NCBI GenBank assembly: GCA_964016885.1
Contig: OZ024742.1
Coordinates: 239,382,001-239,446,000, forward strand
DNA length: 64,000 nucleotides
DNA from: Eledone cirrhosa
Lineage: Eukaryota
Reading direction: 5' to 3'
Below are positions 39,817-53,000 of this stretch, in pieces; positions within the stretch are counted from its first letter, which is position 1; every line of letters starts with the position of its first letter. The notes under the pieces are model-generated. The model was not told the DNA's origin, ran no database searches, and saw nothing but the letters and a program-made list of their open reading frames with translations. The translations under genes were made by a program, and so were the position numbers.

Positions 39817-40280
39817 TTTACACGAACACATCACCCGTCTCTTTCCATTCAAATTAGTAGCACAGTGGCCCGGATAACCAAAGTTGTGGGTTCGACTCCC
39901 ATGTACGTCAATACTCATCTTTTTCCATTTCTCCGAGGGTTCTTAACCCCACTATCAGGTTAAATAATTTCTTTAATTTCTTTAGTCAAAATACGGCGAT
40001 AGCTTACATTTCTAATAATTTCAAACCAACTCGCTGTTTCGAAAATATCCTTACTTGACATTACAGTCGCTAAGTTTATAGCTTCTAATTTGAATGGAAA
40101 GAGACGGGTGATGTGTTGGTGTAAATGGTAGCACAGTGGTCCGGATAACCAAAGATGTTGGTTCGACTCCCATGTACGTCAATACTCATCTTTTTCCATT
40201 TCTCCGAGGGTTCTTCACCCCACTATCAGGCTAAATAATTTCTTTAGTCAAAATACGGCGATAGCTTACATTTCTAATAA
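39817..40280 (+). repeat. ~270-bp tandem unit with a tRNA-like Pol III promoter, about 1.6 copies plus an inverted end
   Basis: gtagcacagtgg at 39857 and 40128; box A tggtgtaaatgg, box B ggttcgactcc. 39817-39857 is inverted relative to 40086-40126. Confidence 0.75.
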
Positions 40281-40449
40281 TATATATATATATATATATA
40301 CATATAAATGGAAAAGAATGAAACGATATTTCATTTTTCACTCTTAGTAGGCTGATACCTAAATATAAGTATGTATACGTACATACATATATGTGTACAG
40401 ACGCACAGTACTATGTATATACATACATGAACACATATATATATGTACG

Positions 40450-40801
40450 TGTAGCGGTTGTCTCCCTTGTTTGGATTAACATCTAGACGGGAAGTAGAAC
40501 CCTTTCTGTAACTTCCGGTCAGAACCCTATAAAACTAACAACTTTAAGTTCTCACTCTCTCATTGCCCTTTCGGCACCAGGCCAAGAGCCTCTCATTTGC
40601 CTTCTGGCGCCTGGCCTTAGCCAGGCGTCCTCTGCCAGCCGCGTTTGCCTGGCAATCAAAACGGTAACGACTAACTTTGTTTCATTCTTTCATCTATTTC
40701 TTTGACATGCAACTATACTATCTACCATTGTTAATTAAATATTATACACACAAACCATGTCTCGTTTTGTTACATTCATGCAACCCAGTATCCTCGCTAT
40801 A
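40450..40801 (+). mobile_element. Solo LTR (Gypsy-like), 352 bp
   Basis: Termini TGTAGCG...CGCTATA, 4-bp TSD TACG (40446-40449 and 40802-40805), TATA-like ctataaaa. The empty site is visible in the inverted monomer at about 41555. Confidence 0.85.
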
Positions 40802-40922
40802 TACGTATGGGTTTACCGAACATTTATTATAATGTTCGGTTTGTTTGTAAACAAACAGCCTGAATTACGCCGTACAGTGCTCGGCAACCATCGTCGCCAT
40901 TTTGTTCAACACTGACACAGGA

Positions 40923-40966
40923 ATGATGTATTAGTTTCAAGCTTATTAGCTATCGTTAGCATCGTA
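40923..40966 (-). ncRNA. Decayed copy of the 41402 hammerhead
   Basis: Core reads CUAACGA and the stem III loop CUAA instead of CUAG. Confidence 0.6.
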
Positions 40967-41401
40967 TACCTTTCTGTCAGATGACTGAACGTCTGAAAGT
41001 ATATACTTTCCTTATGCATATTAACGGCTGAGCAGCCTAGTTTGCATATCGAGTGAGCTAGTCGGCCGGGCATACCGAAAACGATAAATGGAAAAGAATG
41101 AAACGAAATTTCATTTCTCACTCTTAGTACGGCTGATACCTAAATATAATATGTATACGTACATACATATATGTGTACAGACGCACAGTAGTATATATAT
41201 ATACATACATGCACACATTATATTTAGGTATCAGCCGTACTAAGAGTGAGAAATGAAATTTCGTTTCATTCTTTTCCATTTATCGTTTTCGGTATGCCCG
41301 GCCGACTAACTCACTCGATATGCAAATTAGGCTGCTCATCCGTTAATATGCATAAGGAAAGTATATACTTTCAGACGTTCAGTCATCTGACAGAAAGGTA
41401 T

Positions 41402-41444
41402 ACGATGCTGACGATAGCTAATAAGCTTGAAACTAGTACATCGT
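41402..41444 (+). ncRNA. Type I minimal hammerhead ribozyme
   Basis: acgaug-CUGACGA-uagcu aaua agcuu-GAAA-CUAG-UA-caucgu: 6-bp stem I, palindromic CUAG. Confidence 0.88.
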
Positions 41445-41644
41445 TCCTTTGTCAGTGTTGAACAAAAGGACGACGATGGTTACCGAGCACTGTACGGCGT
41501 AATTCGGGCTGTTTGTTTACAACAAACCGAACATTATAATAAATGTTCGGTAAACTGATACGTACATATATATATGTGTGCATGTATGTATATATATACA
41601 TACTACTGTACGTCTGTATACATATATGTATGTACGTATACATA

Positions 41645-41731
<87 letters not shown>

Positions 41732-42444
41732 TGTGTGTGTGTATGTGTGTATGCAATATATATAAATATACATACACATTTGCTGAATCTCCCTGGGAAT
41801 TTACAAATTTATTCAAATACATATATACACACACACACACATATATATATCTAATCATCATCATCATCACCACTGGTTAGCATGGACAAATGGACGTTGA
41901 TGATGATGATGATGATACACTCATGTTCAAATATGTATGTAACAGTTATTGGCAAATTGTTTAAATTAATGTTTTAAAAAAAATGTTTAAGTGGGTTAGC
42001 TCCCTTAGATTCTGATTGGAAAATATGTAAACAATATCAAATAAAAATGGATTAAGATTCAAGTTAATTTATTGAGAAAAAACGAAGACACAGTGATGTT
42101 GATCTGGAGAGAGTGGTTCCAGTTAATACTTTAATTATTACCAATGTAATCAGGATTTTGTCTAAATCCCAATCAACAAACAAACATGCTTTTTCATATA
42201 GTATGTCGTAAGGTTGTGAGTTCGATTACCGGACCGGGCGATGCGTTATGCCCTTGAGCAAGACACTTTATTTCACGCTGCTCCTTCTACCTGGAGTTGC
42301 GACCGATAGATAGGATTAGCAATTGGAAAGACCAACGGAAACATTGTGGTCCGATTTGACGAAAGTTGATCGTTCCTTTATATATATATATATATATATA
42401 TACAATATATTAACAAATGGAAACTATATTTATAAAACCATATT

Positions 42445-42510
42445 TATTTTATTATACATATTTCAAGGGCCACCAAGGCAAATTATGGTGCGCTTTCATC
42501 AGATAAAATA
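42445..42510 (-). ncRNA. Type I hammerhead, second copy of the 35304 family
   Basis: About 42400-42550 is a diverged inverted copy of about 35260-35418; the core and stems are conserved. Confidence 0.78.
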
Positions 42511-42710
42511 CAATACAGATTAGTTTTATAATTAAATATTGACATACCCTGAAAAAAGTCAACCTTAACGGTTGGAGCTTCCTGGGTAGTGGAGATATTA
42601 CATTTATTGAGGGTGATAGAAAGTTATGATTGAGTATGCAAATGAGTGTCCGAAAAGTTTAAAAGGTAACGGTTTATTTAAATTAAACTGTTGGAAGAAG
42701 GTGATATTAT

Positions 42711-42903
42711 GAGGCGGTGGATTGGCAGTATCGGTAAGGGTCGGACGCCATGCTTTGAAGCATAGAGTTACCTCCCTTTATGATCTGAGTTCAAATCCCG
42801 CCGAGGTTAACTTTGCCTTTCATCCTTACGGGGTCGATAAAATAAAGTACCAGTAATGCACTGGAATAATTGCTGGCCTTGTGCCAAAAGTAGAAACAAT
42901 TAT
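42711..42903 (+). mobile_element. Full-length tRNA-derived SINE (same family as 5200 and 7670)
   Basis: Near-identical to the 7670 copy. Confidence 0.9.
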
Positions 42904-43086
42904 GAGGGAGAGAGAAAAAAAAAAAAAGAAAGAAAGAAAAAAGAAGGAATGATTATATATTTTTGACAGTGAAAATAGTGTGAAGAGAGGAGAGCGTAAT
43001 TATATTTTTTCTGTTTCTTTATATCAGTTATAAACATTTTAAAGTGTTGAATCCCAACAAATTAAATATAACCTCTGCATATATAT

Positions 43087-43134
<48 letters not shown>

Positions 43135-43413
43135 GTTTAAAGTCCATCTTCCATGCGGTTTTGTCCCACTTGAGACCGTGCCTCGCTCGTTCGCGCAGAA
43201 CTGTTTCTGGCAGGTTTTCTATGGGTGGATGCCCTTCCTAACACCAGCCACATATATAACATACATACAGGGACTATGAGAGACGGGGGAGTCGGTGGGA
43301 GAGCTATGAAGGCCCCACAGCAACCATGCAGCATCCATTTTGAGAAAATTCTTTGCCTGCTTCGGGCCCCAAAGAAGCCTTGTACCACTTTTAAAAATTT
43401 CTCTTGGAGGCCC

Positions 43414-43485
<72 letters not shown>

Positions 43486-44009
43486 ATTCTGTTGATTGGT
43501 TAATTATTTGTGTTTGTTTTATAACATCTACTCGAGAGCTTATCATGATGATTAGCGGAAATTAAAATATTTCCCTTGTCTAACATTTTGAATGATCCGC
43601 CAAAAACCGGAGGTTATTTCCCTTGCTGGAATTAACACGTGACAGTTACGATACGCTGCATCTAGCAGCAACATTTAGCCTATCACCCCTGTTCGGAGTA
43701 GAACGAAAACCTGTTGAAAAACTGAATCCTCTGTTCGATCATGAATACCACGAGCTTGCCAGTCATGTAAGTCTGATATTTGATTTCGGATTCAAAGAAA
43801 CACTTTAAACGTATAATCGTTTGATTTGTCCAGGTGTATTTTTCTCAACCTGTTAGTTCTATAGTTACTTTGGTATATTATCGTGTGTTAGATTTTGCCT
43901 ACCACAATGTTCGATTTGTCTAGGTATTTAAACGTATGTTATTAATCTAAAGACCTAACTTATCGAGTGCTTTGCTAACTCATCATTTCATATAAGTAGG
44001 CCGAATTTG

Positions 44010-47000
44010 CCATAAAAAACGGGCACCCAAATAAAAAACGGGGCACCCAAATAAAAAAACGGGGCACCCAAATAAAAAAACCGGTCACCCAAATAAAAAA
44101 CGGACCTCCAATAAAAAAGGGGCACCCAAATAAAAAAACGCCCACCCACAATAAAAAACGGGCACCCAAATAAAAAAATGGGGCACCCAAATAAAAAATG
44201 GGGCACCCAAATAAAAAACGGGGCGCCCAAATGAAAAACGGGGCACCCAAATGAAAAACGCCCCCCCCCCAATAAAAAACGGAACCCAAATAAAAAAAAT
44301 GGGGCACCCAAATAAAAAACGGGGCACCCAAATAAAAAAACGGGGCACCCAAATAAAAAACGGATCTCCTCCCATATCAGTAATGTACAGGACTTGTGCC
44401 TAAAATAGAAACAATTATATTATATATTATATTATAATATAATATAATATAATTGTTTCTACTTTAGGCACAAGGCCAGCAATTACCCAGTGCATTACTG
44501 GTACTTTATTTTATCGACCCCGTAAGGATGAAAGGCAAAGTCAACCTCGGCGGGATTTGAACTCAGATCGTAATATATTATAATATATTATATTATAATA
44601 TAATATAATATAATATAATATAAATAATATAATATAATATTATATTATATTATATTATATTATATTATAATATATTATAATACATTATAATATAATATAA
44701 TATATAATATATAATATAATATTATATTATCATATAATATAATATAATATAATATAATATAATATAATATAATATAATATAATATAATATTATATTATAT
44801 TATAATATAATATAATATAATATAATATAATATAATATAATATAATATAATATAATATTATATTATATTATTTATATTATATTATATTATATTATATTAT
44901 AATATAATATATTATAATATATTACGATCTGAGTTCAAATCCTCCGAGGTTGACTTTGCCTTTCATCTTTACGGGGTCGGTAAAATAAAGTACCAGTAAT
45001 GCACCGGGTAATTGCGGGGCATCCAAATAAAGAACGGGTCACCCAAATAAAAAACGGACCTCCCATAAAAAAACGGGGCACCCAAATAAAATACGGGGCA
45101 CCCAAATAAAAAACGGAGCTCCCCTAATAAAAAAACGGGCACCCAAATAAAAAACGGACCACCCCAAATAAGAAACGGGGCACCCAAATAAAAAACGGGG
45201 CACCCAAATAAAAAACGTGGCACCCAAATAAAAAACGGTGCATCCAAATAAAAAAACGGACAGCCCCTATAAAAAAAAGGGGCACCCCAAAAAAAATTGG
45301 ACACCCCCATAAAAAAACGGGGCACCCAAATAAAAAACGGGGCACCCAAATAAAAAAACGGACTCCCAATAAAAAAACGGGGCACCCAAATAAAAAAACG
45401 GGGTAGCTAAATAAAAAACGGGGTACCCAAAAAAAGAACGGACTACCCAAATAAAGAACGGGTCACCCAAATAAAAAACGGACCTCCCATAAAAAAACGG
45501 GGCACCCAAATAAAAAACGGAGCTCCCCTAATAAAAAAACGGGGCACCCAAATAAAAAACGGACCACCCCAAATAAGAAACGGGGCACCCAAATAAAAAA
45601 CGGTGTACCCAAATAAAAAACGGGGCACCCAAATAAAAAACGTGGCACCCAAATAAAAAACGGTACATCCAAATAAAAAAACGGACAGCCCCTATAAAAA
45701 AAAGGGGCACCCCTCAAAAAAATGGACACCCCCATAAAAAAACGGGGCACCCAAATAAAAAACGGGGCACCCAAATAAAAAAACGGACCTCCCCCATAAA
45801 AAAACGGGGCACCCAAATAAAAAACGGACCCCCCCCAAATAAAAAACGGGCCACCCGAATAAAAAATGGGCCCCCCATAAAAAAACGTGGCACCCAAATA
45901 AAAAAACGGACGTCCCCCATAAATAAACGCGGCACCCAAATAAAAAACGGGGCACCCAAATGAAAAAAAGGACCACCTCATAAAAAAACAGGGCACCCCC
46001 CAAAAAACGGTCTCAGCCCCATAAAAAAACCGGGCACCCAAATAAAAAACGAATTCCCGCATAAAAAAACGGGGCACACAAATAAAAAACGGGGCACCCA
46101 AATGAAAAACGGGGCACCCAAATAAATAGAAGGGGAACCCAAATAAAAAATGGACCCCCCCCCATTAAAAAACGGCGCACCCAAATCAAAAAACGGGGCA
46201 CCCAAATAAAAAAGGGGCACCCAAATAAAAAACGGCACCCCCGCTAAAAAAACGGTGCACCCAAATAAAAGAACGGGGCACCCAAATAAAAAACGGACCC
46301 CTCCATAAAAAACGGCCCCCCGTTAAAAAAACTGGGTACCCAAATAAAAAACGAACCCCCCCATACAAAAAGGGGTACCCAAATAAAAAATGGACCCCCT
46401 TATAAAAAAACGGGGCCCCCAAATAAAAAAACCGGGGCCCCCAAATAAAAAACGGGGCACCCAAATAAAAAACGGACCCCCATAAAAAACGGGGCACCCA
46501 AATATAAGACGTTCCCCCATAAAAAAACGGGGCACCCAAATAAAAAACGGATTCCCCCCATAAAAAACGGATCCCCCCCATAAAAAAACGGGGCACTCAA
46601 ATAAAAAACGGGGCACCCAAATAAAAAACAGGGCACCCAATAAAAAACGGATCCCCCTCCAATAAAAAACGGGCACTCAAATAAAATCTGAGTTCAAATC
46701 CGCCGGGGTTAACCTTTCATCATTACTGTGTCGATAAAATAAAGTACCAGTAATGCACTGGATAATTGCTGGCCTTTTGCTTAAAGTACAAACAATTATA
46801 TTATATTATAATATAATATAATTGTTTCTACGTTAGGCACAAGGCCAGCAATTACGCAGTGCATTACTGGTACTTGATTTTACCGACCCCGTAAGGATGA
46901 AAGGCAAAGTTAACCTCGGCGGGATTTGAACTCAGAATGGAAAGGGCCGTAACTCTATACGTCAAAGCCTGGCGTCCGACCCTCTCCCAATACTGCCAAT

Positions 47001-50000
47001 CCACCGCCCTGTATTATATTATATTATATTATATTATATTATATAATATTATATTATATTATATAATATAATATAATATAATATAATATAATATTATATA
47101 TTATATTATATTATATTATATTATATATTATATCATACTATATTATATTATATTATATTATAATATATTATAATATAATAAATTATAATATAATATATTA
47201 TATTATAGATATTATATTATATTATAATATAATATAATATAATATTATATAAAACTCAAATAAAAACGGACCCCCCATAAAAAACGGGGCACACAATTAA
47301 AAAACGGACTCCCCCATAAAAAAGGGCACCCAAATAAAAATGGAGCCCGCCATAAAAAACGGGGCACCCAAATAAAAAAACGGGGCACCCAAATAAAAAA
47401 CGGGGCACCCAAATAAAAAAACGGGGCACCCAAATAAAAAACGGATCTCCTCCCATATCAGTAATGTACAGGACTTGTGCCTAAAATAGAAACAATTATA
47501 TTATATATTATATTATAATATAATATAATATAATTGTTTCTACTTTAGGCACAAGGCCAGCAATTACCCAGTGCATTACTGGTACTTTATTTTATCGACC
47601 CCGTAAGGATGAAAGGCAAAGTCAACCTCGGCGGGATTTGAACTCAGATCGTAATATATTATAATATATTATATTATAATATAATATAATATAATATAAT
47701 ATAAATAATATAATATAATATTATATTATATTATATTATATTATATTATAATATATTATAATACATTATAATATAATATAATATATAATATATAATATAA
47801 TATTATATTATCATATAATATAATATAATATAATATAATATAATATAATATAATATAATATAATATAATATTATATTATATTATAATATAATATAATATA
47901 ATATAATATAATATAATATAATATAATATAATATAATATTATATTATATTATTTATATTATATTATATTATATTATATTATAATATAATATATTATAATA
48001 TATTACGATCTGAGTTCAAATCCTCCGAGGTTGACTTTGCCTTTCATCTTTACGGGGTCGGTAAAATAAAGTACCAGTAATGCACCGGGTAATTGCGGGG
48101 CATCCAAATAAAGAACGGGTCACCCAAATAAAAAACGGACCTCCCATAAAAAAACGGGGCACCCAAATAAAATACGGGGCACCCAAATAAAAAACGGAGC
48201 TCCCCTAATAAAAAAACGGGCACCCAAATAAAAAACGGACCACCCCAAATAAGAAACGGGGCACCCAAATAAAAAACGGGGCAGCCAAATAAAAAACGTG
48301 GCACCCAAATAAAAAACGGTGCATCCAAATAAAAAAACGGACAGCCCCTATAAAAAAAAGGGGCACCCCAAAAAAAATTGGACACCCCCATAAAAAAACG
48401 GGGCACCCAAATAAAAAACGGGGCACCCAAATAAAAAAACGGACTCCCAATAAAAAAACGGGGCACCCAAATAAAAAAACGGGGTAGCTAAATAAAAAAC
48501 GGGGTACCCAAAAAAAGAACGGACTACCCAAATAAAGAACGGGTCACCCAAATAAAAAACGGACCTCCCATAAAAAAACGGGGCACCCAAATAAAAAACG
48601 GAGCTCCCCTAATAAAAAAACGGGGCACCCAAATAAAAAACGGACCACCCCAAATAAGAAACGGGGCACCCAAATAAAAAACGGTGTACCCAAATAAAAA
48701 ACGGGGCACCCAAATAAAAAACGTGGCACCCAAATAAAAAACGGTACATCCAAATAAAAAAACGGACAGCCCCTATAAAAAAAGGGGCACCCCTCAAAAA
48801 AATGGACACCCCCATAAAAAAACGGGGCACCCAAATAAAAAACGGGGCACCCAAATAAAAAAACGGACCTCCCCCATAAAAAAACGGGGCACCCAAATAA
48901 AAAACGGACCCCCCCCAAATAAAAAACGGGCCACCCGAATAAAAAATGGGCCCCCCATAAAAAAACGTGGCACCCAAATAAAAAAACGGACGTCCCCCAT
49001 AAATAAACGCGGCACCCAAATAAAAAACGGGGCACCCAAATGAAAAAAAGGACCACCTCATAAAAAAACAGGGCACCCCCCAAAAAACGGTCTCAGCCCC
49101 ATAAAAAAACCGGGCACCCAAATAAAAAACGAATTCCCGCATAAAAAAACGGGGCACACAAATAAAAAACGGGGCACCCAAATGAAAAACGGGGCACCCA
49201 AATAAATAGAAGGGGAACCCAAATAAAAAATGGACCCCCCCCCCATTAAAAAACGGCGCACCCAAATCAAAAAACGGGGCACCCAAATAAAAAAGGGGCA
49301 CCCAAATAAAAAACGGCACCCCCGCTAAAAAAACGGTGCACCCAAATAAAAGAACGGGGCACCCAAATAAAAAACGGACCCCTCCATAAAAAACGGCCCC
49401 CCGTTAAAAAAACAGGGTACCCAAATAAAAAACGAACCCCCCCATACAAAAAGGGGTACCCAAATAAAAAATGGACCCCCTTATAAAAAAACGGGGCCCC
49501 CAAATAAAAAAACCGGGGCCCCCAAATAAAAAACGGGGCACCCAAATAAAAAACGGACCCCCATAAAAAACGGGGCACCCAAATATAAGACGTTCCCCCA
49601 TAAAAAAACGGGGCACCCAAATAAAAAACGGATTCCCCCCATAAAAAACGGATCCCCCCCATAAAAAAACGGGGCACTCAAATAAAAAACGGGGCACCCA
49701 AATAAAAAACAGGGCACCCAATAAAAAACGGATCCCCCTCCAATAAAAAACGGGCACTCAAATAAAATCTGAGTTCAAATCCGCCGGGGTTAACCTTTCA
49801 TCATTACTGTGTCGATAAAATAAAGTACCAGTAATGCACTGGATAATTGCTGGCCTTTTGCTTAAAGTACAAACAATTATATTATATTATAATATAATAT
49901 AATTGTTTCTACGTTAGGCACAAGGCCAGCAATTACGCAGTGCATTACTGGTACTTGATTTTACCGACCCCGTAAGGATGAAAGGCAAAGTTAACCTCGG

Positions 50001-53000
50001 CGGGATTTGAACTCAGAATGGAAAGGGCCGTAACTCTATACGTCAAAGCCTGGCGTCCGACCCTCTCCCAATACTGCCAATCCACCGCCCTGTATTATAT
50101 TATATTATATTATATTATATTATATAATATTATATTATATTATATAATATAATATAATATAATATAATATAATATTATATATTATATTATATTATATTAT
50201 ATTATATATTATATCATACTATATTATATTATATTATATTATAATATATTATAATATAATAAATTATAATATAATATATTATATTATAGATATTATATTA
50301 TATTATAATATAATATAATATAATATTATATAAAACTCAAATAAAAACGGACCCCCCATAAAAAACGGGGCACACAATTAAAAAACGGACTCCCCCATAA
50401 AAAAGGGCACCCAAATAAAAATGGAGCCCGCCATAAAAAACGGGGCACCCAAATAAAAAAACGGGGCACCCAAATAAAAAACGGACCCGCCCCATATAAA
50501 AACGGGACACTCAAATAGAGAACGGACCCCCCATAAAAAAACCGGGCACCCAATTAAAAACCGGGGCACCCAAATAAAAAACGGACCCCTCATAAATAAA
50601 CGGAGCACTCAAATAAAAAACGGAACCCCCATAAAAAAAAGATGCACCCAAATAAAAAACGGACCCCCCCCATAAAAAACGGGCCTCCCAAATAAAAAAC
50701 GGGCACTCCCATTAAAAAACGGACCCCCCCATAAAATAACGAGGCACCCAAATAAAAAAACGGGGAACCCAATAAAAAACGGACCTCCCCCCATAAAAAA
50801 ACGGCACACCCAAATAAAAAACGGACCCCCCATAAAAAACGGGCCACCCAAATAAAAAACGAACTCCCCCCTCATAAAAAAACGGGGCACCCAAATAAAA
50901 AACGGACCCCCACATAAAAAACGGACGTTCCCCCCATAAAAAAGAACCCCCATAAAAAAATGGGGCATCCAAATAAAAAACTTCCCCCTCATAAAAAAAC
51001 GGAGCACCCAAATAAAAAAAGGACCCCAACATAAAAAACGGGGCACACAAATAAAAAACGGACCCCCATAAAAAGACGGGACACACAAATAAAAAACGAA
51101 CCACCCAAATAAAAAATAGGGCCCCCAAATGAAAACGGACCGCCCCCATCAAGAAACGGGGCACCCAAATAAAAAACGGCTCCCCCATAAAAAAACGGGG
51201 CACCCAAACAAAGAACGGGGCACCCAAATAAAAAACGGGGCACCCAAATAAAAAATGGCCCCCCCCCATAAAAAAACGGGGCACCCAAATAAAAACAGGG
51301 CACCCAAATAAAAAACGGAGCAACCCTAATAAAAAAACGGGGCACCCAAATAAAAAACGGACCACCCCAAATAAGAAACGGGGCACCCAAATAAAAAACG
51401 GTGCACCCAAATAGAAAACGTGGCACCCAAATAAAAAACGTGGCACCCAAATAAAAAACGGTGCATCCAAATAAAAAAACGGACAGCCCCCATAAAAAAG
51501 GGGGACCCCAAAAAAATTGGAGACCCCCATAAAAAAACGGGGCACCCAAATAAAAAACGGATCTCCTCCCATATCAGTAATGTACAGGACTTGTGCCTAA
51601 AATAGAAACAATTATATTATATATTATATTATAATATAATATAATATAATTGTTTCTACTTTAGGCACAAGGCCAGCAATTACCCAGTGCATTACTGGTA
51701 CTATATTTTATCGACCCCGTAAGGATGAAAGGCAAAGTCAACCTCGGCGGGATTTGAACTCAGATCGTAATATATTATAATATATTATATTATAATATAA
51801 TATAATATAATATAATATAAATAATATAATATAATATTATATTATATTATATTATATTATATTATAATATATTATAATACATTATAATATAATATAATAT
51901 ATAATATATAATATAATATTATATTATCATATAATATAATATAATATAATATAATATAATATAATATAATATAATATAATATTATATTATATTATAATAT
52001 AATATAATATAATATAATATAATATAATATAATATAATATAATATAATATTATATTATATTATTTATATTATATTATATTATATTATATTATAATATAAT
52101 ATATTATAATATATTACGATCTGAGTTCAAATCCTCCGAGGTTGACTTTGCCTTTCATCTTTACGGGGTCGGTAAAATAAAGTACCAGTAATGCACCGGG
52201 TAATTGCGGGGCATCCAAATAAAGAACGGGTCACCCAAATAAAAAACGGACCTCCCATAAAAAAACGGGGCACCCAAATAAAATACGGGGCACCCAAATA
52301 AAAAACGGAGCTCCCCTAATAAAAAAACGGGCACCCAAATAAAAAACGGACCACCCCAAATAAGAAACGGGGCACCCAAATAAAAAACGGGGCAGCCAAA
52401 TAAAAAACGTGGCACCCAAATAAAAAACGGTGCATCCAAATAAAAAAACGGACAGCCCCTATAAAAAAAAGGGGCACCCCAAAAAAAATTGGACACCCCC
52501 ATAAAAAAACGGGGCACCCAAATAAAAAACGGGGCACCCAAATAAAAAAACGGACTCCCAATAAAAAAACGGGGCACCCAAATAAAAAAACGGGGTAGCT
52601 AAATAAAAAACGGGGTACCCAAAAAAAGAACGGACTACCCAAATAAAGAACGGGTCACCCAAATAAAAAACGGACCTCCCATAAAAAAACGGGGCACCCA
52701 AATAAAAAACGGAGCTCCCCTAATAAAAAAACGGGGCACCCAAATAAAAAACGGACCACCCCAAATAAGAAACGGGGCACCCAAATAAAAAACGGTGTAC
52801 CCAAATAAAAAACGGGGCACCCAAATAAAAAACGTGGCACCCAAATAAAAAACGGTACATCCAAATAAAAAAACGGACAGCCCCTATAAAAAAAGGGGCA
52901 CCCCTCAAAAAAATGGACACCCCCATAAAAAAACGGGGCACCCAAATAAAAAACGGGGCACCCAAATAAAAAAACGGACCTCCCCCATAAAAAAACGGGG

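Larger units (their letters stand above)
40304..41650. mobile_element. Retrozyme-like 424-bp tandem element: about 1.3 copies on the minus strand, then one inverted copy
   Basis: ataaatggaaaagaatg at 40304 and 41084 gives a 424-bp period after removing the LTR and TSD. Orientation flips at about 41217. One hammerhead per monomer; flanked by (TA)n. Confidence 0.8.

Noticed and set aside
40025-40075. cug...cgaaacagc on the minus strand as a ribozyme
   Set aside because: Lacks CUGANGA and a paired stem I.
40105-40175. tRNA gene
   Set aside because: A and B boxes are present but I cannot form a convincing acceptor stem; treated as a tRNA-derived repeat.
43623-43766. Open frame ending at a GTAAGT donor
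   Set aside because: No good acceptor and no recognisable homology.
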